This document shows, piece after piece, positions 1 to 8,466 of a stretch of DNA of 12,861 bases (within the stretch, counting starts at the first letter, position 1; every line of letters starts with the position of its first letter). The notes under the pieces were generated by a model that was not told the origin of the DNA, did no database searches, and was given only the letters and a program-made list of their open reading frames with translations. The position numbers and the translations under genes are program-made. Source of the DNA: Azolla caroliniana. Its lineage: Eukaryota; Plantae; Polypodiophyta. Where the stretch lies: assembly GCA_043228905.1 (NCBI GenBank), contig JBHGNT010001021.1, positions 1 to 12,861 on the forward strand, in the 5' to 3' direction.

Positions 1-1547
1 GCATGTTTGAACACAAAAATCCGATATAACACGAGCCAGGTATGAACATTTTCATTTACTCAAGGGCTCCTCTCAAGTCACTCCTCAAAATTGGTAATTT
101 CGTCATGTCTCTCGACCTGAGTTTCAAAATCTTGATTTTTTAATTCCATATCATAGCTAGCGTTGTTAGCTTCAATTCGCATGTTTGAACACAGAAATCC
201 GATATTACACGAGCCAGGTATGAACATTTTAATTTACTCAAGGGCTCCTCTCTCCTCCCTCCTCATGTTTGGTAATTTCGTCATGTCTCTCGACCTGAGT
301 TTCAAAATCTTGATTTTTTAATTCCATATCATAGCTAGCGTTGTTACCTTCGATTCGCATGTTTGAACACAAAAATCCGATATCACACGAGCCCGGTATG
401 AACATTTTCATTTACTCAAGGGCTCCTCTCAACTCACCACTCAAATTTGGTAATTTCGTCATGTCTCTCGACCTGAGTTTCTATATCTTGATTTTTTAAT
501 TCTATATTATAGCTAGCGTTGTTAGCTTCGATTCGCATGTTTAAACACAAAAATTCGATATCACACGAGCCAGGTATGAACATTTTAATTTACCTCCTAG
601 CTCTTCTCAACTCACTCCTCAAATTTGGTAATTTTGTCATGTCTCTCGATCTGAGTTTCAAAATCTTGATTTTTTAATTCCATATCATAGCTAGCGTTGT
701 TAGCTTCGATTCGCATGTTTGAACACAAAAATTCGATATCACACGAGCCAGGTATGACCATTTTAATTTACCTCCTAGCTCTTCTTAACTCACTCCTCAA
801 ATTTGGTAATTTCTTCATGTTTCTCGACCTCAGTTTCAAAATCTTGATTTTTTAATTCCATATCATAGCTAGCGTTGTTAGCTTCGATTCGCATGTTTGA
901 ACACAAAAATCCGATATTACACGAGCCAGGTATGAACATTTTAATTTACCTCCTAGCTCTTCTCAACTCACTCCTCAAATTTGGAAATTTCGTCATGTCT
1001 CTCGACGGGAGTTTCAAAATCTTGATTTTTTAATTCCATATCATAGGTATGAACATTTTAATTCGATATCACACGAGCCAGGTATGAACATTTTAATTTA
1101 CCTCCTAGCTCTTCTCAACTCACTACTCAAATTTGGTAATTTCGTCATGTCTCTCGACCGGAGTTTCTAAATCTTGATTTTTTAATACCATATCATAGCT
1201 AACGTTGTTAGCTTCGATTCGCATGTTTGAACACAAAAATCCGATATAACACGAGCCAGGTATGAACATTTTAATTTACCTCCTAGCTCTTCTCAACTCA
1301 CTCCTCAAATTTGGTAATTTCGTCATGTCTCTCGACCTGAGTTTCAAAATCTTGATTTTTTAATTCTATATAATAGCTAGCGTTGTTAGCTAATATTCGC
1401 ATGTTTGAACATAAAAATCCAATATCACACGAGCAAGGTATGAACATTTTAATTTACCTCCTAGCTCTTCTCAATTCACTCCTCAAATTTGGTAATTTCT
1501 TCATGTTTCTCGACCTGAGTTTCAAAATCTTGATTTTTTAATTCCAT
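1..1547. repeat. First copy of a 1547-bp direct repeat (XYAB'GHIJK) defining an 11,314-bp period
   Basis: Private variants CAAAATTGG, TTCAATTC, ACAGAAAT and GACGGGA, plus the B' hybrid monomer, occur only here and at +11,314. Confidence 0.93.
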
Positions 1548-3712
1548 ATCATAGCTAGGGTTGTTAGCTTCGATTCGCATGTTTGAACATAAAAATCCGA
1601 TATCACACGAGCCAGGTATGAACATTTTCATTTACTCAAGGGCTCCTCTCAACTCCCTCCTCATGTTTGCTAATTTCGTCATGTTTATCGACCTGAGTCT
1701 CAAAATCTTGATTTTTTAATTCCATATCATAGCTAGCGTTGTTACCTTCGATTCGCATGTTTGAACACAAAAATCCGATATCACACGAGCCAGGTATGAA
1801 CATTTTCATTTACTCAAGGCCTCCTCTCAAGTCACTCCTCAAATTTGGTAATTTCGTCATGTCTCTCGACCTGAGTTTCAAAATCTTGATTTTTTAATTC
1901 CATATCATAGGTAGTGTTGTTAGCTTCGATTCGCATGTTTGAACACAAAAATCCGATATCACACGAGCCAGGTATGAACTATTTAATTTACCTCCTCGCT
2001 CCTCTCAACTCACTCCTCAAATTTGGTAATTTGATTATGTCTCTCGACCTGAGTTTCCAAATCTTGATTTTTTAATTCTATATCATAGCTAGCGTTGTTA
2101 GCTTCGATTCGCATGTTTGAACACAAAAATCCGATATCACACGAGCCCGGTATGAACATTTTTATTTACTCAAGGGCTCCTCTCAACTCCCTCCTCATGT
2201 TTGCTAATTTCGTCATGTCTATCGACCTGAGTCTCAAAATCTTGATTTTTTAATTCCATATCATAGCTAGCGTTGTTACCTTCGATTCGCATGTTTGAAC
2301 ACAAAAATCCGATATTACACGAGCCAGGTATGAACATTTTCATTTACTCAAGGGCTCTTTTCAACTCACTACTCAAATTTGGTAATTTCGTCATGTCTCT
2401 CGACCTGAGTTTCAAAATCTTGATTTTTTAATTCCATATCATAGCTAGCGTTGTTACCTTCGATTCGCATGTTTGAACACAAAAATCCGATATCACACGA
2501 GCCCGGTATGAACATTTTCATTTACTCAAGGGCTCCTCTCAACTCACCACTCAAATTTGGTAATTTCGTCATGTCTCTCGACCTGAGTTTCTATATCTTG
2601 ATTTTTTAATTCTATATTATAGCTAGCGTTGTTAGCTTCGATTCGCATGTTTAAACACAAAAATTCGATATCACACGAGCCAGGTATGAACATTTTAATT
2701 TACCTCCTAGCTCTTCTCAACTCACTCCTCAAATTTGGTAATTTTGTCATGTCTCTCGATCTGAGTTTCAAAATCTTGATTTTTTAATTCTATATCATAA
2801 CTAGCGTTGTTAGCTTCGATTCGCATGTTTGAACACAAAAATCCGATATCACACGAGCCAGGTATGAACATTTTCATTTACTCAAGGGCTCCTCTCAACT
2901 CCCTCCTCATGTTTGCTAATTTCGTCATGTTTATCGACCTGAGTCTCAAAATCTTGATTTTTTAATTCCATATCATAGCTAGCGTTGTTACCTTCGATTC
3001 GCATGTTTGAACACAAAAATCCGATATTACACGAGCCAGGTATGAATATTTTCATTTACTCAAGGCCTCCTCTCAAGTCACTGCTCAAATTTGGTAATTT
3101 CGTCATGTTTCTCGATCTGAGTTTCAAAATCTTGATTTTTTAATTCCATATCATAGGTAGTGTTGTTAGCTTCGATTCGCATGTTTGAACACAAAAATCC
3201 TATATCACACGAGCCAGGTATGAACTATTTAATTTACCTCCTAGCTCCTCTCAACTCACTCCTCAAATTTGGTAATTTGATTATGTCTCTCGACCTGAGT
3301 TTCAAAATCTTGATTTTTTAATTCCATATCATAGGTAGTTTTGTTAGCTTAGATACGCATGGTTGAACACAAAACTCCGATATCACACGAGCCCGGTATG
3401 AACATTTTAATTTACCTCCTAGCTCTTCTCAACTCACTCCTCAAATTTGCTAATTTCGTCATGTCTCTCGACCTGAGTTTCAAAATCTTGATTTTTTAAT
3501 TCCATATCATAGCTAGCGTTGTTAGCTTCGATTCGCATGGTTGAACACAAAACTCCGATATCACACGAGCCCGGTATGAACATTTTAATTTACCTCCTAG
3601 CTCTTCTCAACTCACTCCTCAAATTTGCTAATTTCGTCATGTCTCTCGACCTGAGTTTCAAAATCTTGATTTTTTAATTCCATATCATAGCTAGCGTTGT
3701 TAGCTTCGATTC
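713..3712. repeat. 17-monomer higher-order repeat unit (GHIJKLMNOPABCDEFF), 3000 bp
   Basis: The sequence from 713 recurs at 3713 with the same diagnostic variants (TGACCA/CCTCAG, TTGGAA, the deletion junction at 1045 and 4045, GCTAATATTC, GCAAGG/GCTAGGG). 17x178-26=3000. Confidence 0.9.
891..1220. repeat. Fused H-I dimer (330 bp) with 26-bp net deletion, copy 1
   Basis: 44 bp (GCTAGCG...CAAAAATT) are replaced by the 18 bp GGTATGAACATTTTAATT at 1046-1063. Confidence 0.95.
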
Positions 3713-5288
3713 GCATGTTTGAACACAAAAATTCGATATCACACGAGCCAGGTATGACCATTTTAATTTACCTCCTAGCTCTTCTTAACTCACTCCTCAA
3801 ATTTGGTAATTTCTTCATGTTTCTCGACCTCAGTTTCAAAATCTTGATTTTTTAATTCCATATCATAGCTAGCGTTGTTAGCTTCGATTCGCATGTTTGA
3901 ACACAAAAATCCGATATTACACGAGCCAGGTATGAACATTTTAATTTACCTCCTAGCTCTTCTCAACTCACTCCTCAAATTTGGAAATTTCGTCATGTCT
4001 CTCGACCGGAGTTTCAAAATCTTGATTTTTTAATTCCATATCATAGGTATGAACATTTTAATTCGATATCACACGAGCCAGGTATGAACATTTTAATTTA
4101 CCTCCTAGCTCTTCTCAACTCACTACTCAAATTTGGTAATTTCGTCATGTCTCTCGACCGGAGTTTCTAAATCTTGATTTTTTAATACCATATCATAGCT
4201 AACGTTGTTAGCTTCGATTCGCATGTTTGAACACAAAAATCCGATATAACACGAGCCAGGTATGAACATTTTAATTTACCTCCTAGCTCTTCTCAACTCA
4301 CTCCTCAAATTTGGTAATTTCGTCATGTCTCTCGACCTGAGTTTCAAAATCTTGATTTTTTAATTCTATATAATAGCTAGCGTTGTTAGCTAATATTCGC
4401 ATGTTTGAACATAAAAATCCAATATCACACGAGCAAGGTATGAACATTTTAATTTACCTCCTAGCTCTTCTCAATTCACTCCTCAAATTTGGTAATTTCT
4501 TCATGTTTCTCGACCTGAGTTTCAAAATCTTGATTTTTTAATTCCATATCATAGCTAGGGTTGTTAGCTTCGATTCGCATGTTTGAACATAAAAATCCGA
4601 TATCACACGAGCCAGGTATGAACATTTTCATTTACTCAAGGGCTCCTCTCAACTCCCTCCTCATGTTTGCTAATTTCGTCATGTTTATCGACCTGAGTCT
4701 CAAAATCTTGATTTTTTAATTCCATATCATAGCTAGCGTTGTTACCTTCGATTCGCATGTTTGAACACAAAAATCCGATATCACACGAGCCAGGTATGAA
4801 CATTTTCATTTACTCAAGGCCTCCTCTCAAGTCACTCCTCAAATTTGGTAATTTCGTCATGTCTCTCGACCTGAGTTTCAAAATCTTGATTTTTTAATTC
4901 CATATCATAGGTAGTGTTGTTAGCTTCGATTCGCATGTTTGAACACAAAAATCCGATATCACACGAGCCAGGTATGAACTATTTAATTTACCTCCTCGCT
5001 CCTCTCAACTCACTCCTCAAATTTGGTAATTTGATTATGTCTCTCGACCTGAGTTTCCAAATCTTGATTTTTTAATTCTATATCATAGCTAGCGTTGTTA
5101 GCTTCGATTCGCATGTTTGAACACAAAAATCCGATATCACACGAGCCCGGTATGAACATTTTTATTTACTCAAGGGCTCCTCTCAACTCCCTCCTCATGT
5201 TTGCTAATTTCGTCATGTTTATCGACCTGAGTCTCAAAATCTTGATTTTTTAATTCCATATCATAGCTAGCGTTGTTACCTTCGATTC
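2467..5288. repeat. 16-monomer core higher-order repeat unit (ABCDEFFGHIJKLMNO), 2822 bp
   Basis: The type A monomer (CACCAC, TTTCTATATC, TCTATATTAT) at 2467 recurs at 5289, followed by the same B,C,D,E,F,F,G order. 16x178-26=2822. Confidence 0.9.
3891..4220. repeat. Fused H-I dimer (330 bp), copy 2
   Basis: Same junction at 4046-4063. Confidence 0.95.
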
Positions 5289-8136
5289 GCATGTTTGAAC
5301 ACAAAAATCCGATATCACACGAGCCCGGTATGAACATTTTCATTTACTCAAGGGCTCCTCTCAACTCACCACTCAAATTTGGTAATTTCGTCATGTCTCT
5401 CGACCTGAGTTTCTATATCTTGATTTTTTAATTCTATATTATAGCTAGCGTTGTTAGCTTCGATTCGCATGTTTAAACACAAAAATTCGATATCACACGA
5501 GCCAGGTATGAACATTTTAATTTACCTCCTAGCTCTTCTCAACTCACTCCTCAAATTTGGTAATTTTGTCATGTCTCTCGATCTGAGTTTCAAAATCTTG
5601 ATTTTTTAATTCTATATCATAACTAGCGTTGTTAGCTTCGATTCGCATGTTTGAACACAAAAATCCGATATCACACGAGCCAGGTATGAACATTTTCATT
5701 TACTCAAGGGCTCCTCTCAACTCCCTCCTCATGTTTGCTAATTTCGTCATGTTTATCGACCTGAGTCTCAAAATCTTGATTTTTTAATTCCATATCATAG
5801 CTAGCGTTGTTACCTTCGATTCGCATGTTTGAACACAAAAATCCGATATTACACGAGCCAGGTATGAATATTTTCATTTACTCAAGGCCTCCTCTCAAGT
5901 CACTGCTCAAATTTGGTAATTTCGTCATGTTTCTCGATCTGAGTTTCAAAATCTTGATTTTTTAATTCCATATCATAGGTAGTGTTGTTAGCTTCGATTC
6001 GCATGTTTGAACACAAAAATCCGATATCACACGAGCCAGGTATGAACTATTTAATTTACCTCCTAGCTCCTCTCAACTCACTCCTCAAATTTGGTAATTT
6101 GATTATGTCTCTCGACCTGAGTTTCAAAATCTTGATTTTTTAATTCCATATCATAGGTAGTTTTGTTAGCTTAGATACGCATGGTTGAACACAAAACTCC
6201 GATATCACACGAGCCCGGTATGAACATTTTAATTTACCTCCTAGCTCTTCTCAACTCACTCCTCAAATTTGCTAATTTCGTCATGTCTCTCGACCTGAGT
6301 TTCAAAATCTTGATTTTTTAATTCCATATCATAGCTAGCGTTGTTAGCTTCGATTCGCATGGTTGAACACAAAACTCCGATATCACACGAGCCCGGTATG
6401 AACATTTTAATTTACCTCCTAGCTCTTCTCAACTCACTCCTCAAATTTGCTAATTTTGTCATGTCTCTCGACCTGAGTTTCAAAATCTTGATTTTTTAAT
6501 TCCATATCATAGCTAGCGTTGTTAGCTTCGATTCGCATGTTTGAACACAAAAATTCGATATCACACGAGCCAGGTATGACCATTTTAATTTACCTCCTAG
6601 CTCTTCTTAACTCACTCCTCAAATTTGGTAATTTCTTCATGTTTCTCGACCTCAGTTTCAAAATCTTGATTTTTTAATTCCATATCATAGCTAGCGTTGT
6701 TACCTTCGATTCGCATGTTTGAACACAAAAATCCGATATCACACGAGCCCGGTATGAACATTTTCATTTACTCAAGGGCTCCTCTCAACTCACCACTCAA
6801 ATTTGGTAATTTCGTCATGTCTCTCGACCTGAGTTTCTATATCTTGATTTTTTAATTCTATATTATAGCTAGCGTTGTTAGCTTCGATTCGCATGTTTAA
6901 ACACAAAAATTCGATATCACACGAGCCAGGTATGAACATTTTAATTTACCTCCTAGCTCTTCTCAACTCACTCCTCAAATTTGGTAATTTTGTCATGTCT
7001 CTCGATCTGAGTTTCAAAATCTTGATTTTTTAATTCTATATCATAACTAGCGTTGTTAGCTTCGATTCGCATGTTTGAACACAAAAATCCGATATCACAC
7101 GAGCCAGGTATGAACATTTTCATTTACTCAAGGGCTCCTCTCAACTCCCTCCTCATGTTTGCTAATTTCGTCATGTTTATCGACCTGAGTCTCAAAATCT
7201 TGATTTTTTAATTCCATATCATAGCTAGCGTTGTTACCTTCGATTCGCATGTTTGAACACAAAAATCCGATATTACACGAGCCAGGTATGAATATTTTCA
7301 TTTACTCAAGGCCTCCTCTCAAGTCACTGCTCAAATTTGGTAATTTCGTCATGTTTCTCGATCTGAGTTTCAAAATCTTGATTTTTTAATTCCATATCAT
7401 AGGTAGTGTTGTTAGCTTCGATTCGCATGTTTGAACACAAAAATCCGATATCACACGAGCCAGGTATGAACTATTTAATTTACCTCCTAGCTCCTCTCAA
7501 CTCACTCCTCAAATTTGGTAATTTGATTATGTCTCTCGACCTGAGTTTCAAAATCTTGATTTTTTAATTCCATATCATAGGTAGTTTTGTTAGCTTAGAT
7601 ACGCATGGTTGAACACAAAACTCCGATATCACACGAGCCCGGTATGAACATTTTAATTTACCTCCTAGCTCTTCTCAACTCACTCCTCAAATTTGCTAAT
7701 TTCGTCATGTCTCTCGACCTGAGTTTCAAAATCTTGATTTTTTAATTCCATATCATAGCTAGCGTTGTTAGCTTCGATTCGCATGGTTGAACACAAAACT
7801 CCGATATCACACGAGCCCGGTATGAACATTTTAATTTACCTCCTAGCTCTTCTCAACTCACTCCTCAAATTTGCTAATTTCGTCATGTCTCTCGACCTGA
7901 GTTTCAAAATCTTGATTTTTTAATTCCATATCATAGCTAGCGTTGTTAGCTTCGATTCGCATGTTTGAACACAAAAATTCGATATCACACGAGCCAGGTA
8001 TGACCATTTTAATTTACCTCCTAGCTCTTCTTAACTCACTCCTCAAATTTGGTAATTTCTTCATGTTTCTCGACCTCAGTTTCAAAATCTTGATTTTTTA
8101 ATTCCATATCATAGCTAGCGTTGTTAGCTTCGGTTC
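5289..8136. repeat. Tandem duplication of an 8-monomer block (ABCDEFFG)x2, 1424-bp period
   Basis: Type A occurs at 5289 and 6713 with identical monomer order after it. Only a few single-base differences are seen, e.g. TTTTGTC near 6457, TTACC near 6703, CGGTTC near 8133. Confidence 0.92.
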
Positions 8137-8466
8137 GCATGTTTGAACACAAAAATCCGATATTACACGAGCCAGGTATGAACATTTTAATTTACCTCCT
8201 AGCTCTTCTCAACTCACTCCTCAAATTTGGAAATTTCGTCATGTCTCTCGACCGGAGTTTCAAAATCTTGATTTTTTAATTCCATATCATAGGTATGAAC
8301 ATTTTAATTCGATATCACACGGGCCAGGTATGAACATTTTAATTTACCTCCTAGCTCTTCTCAACTCACTACTCAAATTTGGTAATTTCGTCATGTCTCT
8401 CGACCGGAGTTTCTAAATCTTGATTTTTTAATACCATATCATAGCTAACGTTGTTAGCTTCGATTC
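8137..8466. repeat. Fused H-I dimer (330 bp), copy 3
   Basis: Same junction at 8292-8309. Confidence 0.95.

Noticed and set aside
1-178. Arabidopsis CEN180/CEN178 or primate alpha satellite
   Set aside because: Only the length is similar. I see no similarity to those consensus sequences as I remember them, and no HindIII AAGCTT site. A database search is needed to name the family.
1-178. 5S rDNA, tRNA or snRNA tandem gene unit
   Set aside because: There is no recognisable 5S or tRNA sequence, cloverleaf or internal Pol III boxes. A T6 run alone is not evidence of a terminator.
1045-1098. Transposon insertion with a 19-bp target-site duplication
   Set aside because: The 16 bp between the direct repeats is ordinary satellite sequence. 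No foreign DNA or terminal repeats are present.
713-3712. The round 3000-bp period as a sign of synthetic or artefactual construction
   Set aside because: It follows arithmetically from 17x178-26, the copies differ by SNPs, and the other periods (2822, 1424, 4246, 4068) are not round.
8308-8323. CENP-B box-like motif TTCGATATCACACGGG
   Set aside because: The spacing is one base longer than the TTCG-N4-A-N2-CGGG core, and it depends on a single private SNP in one monomer.
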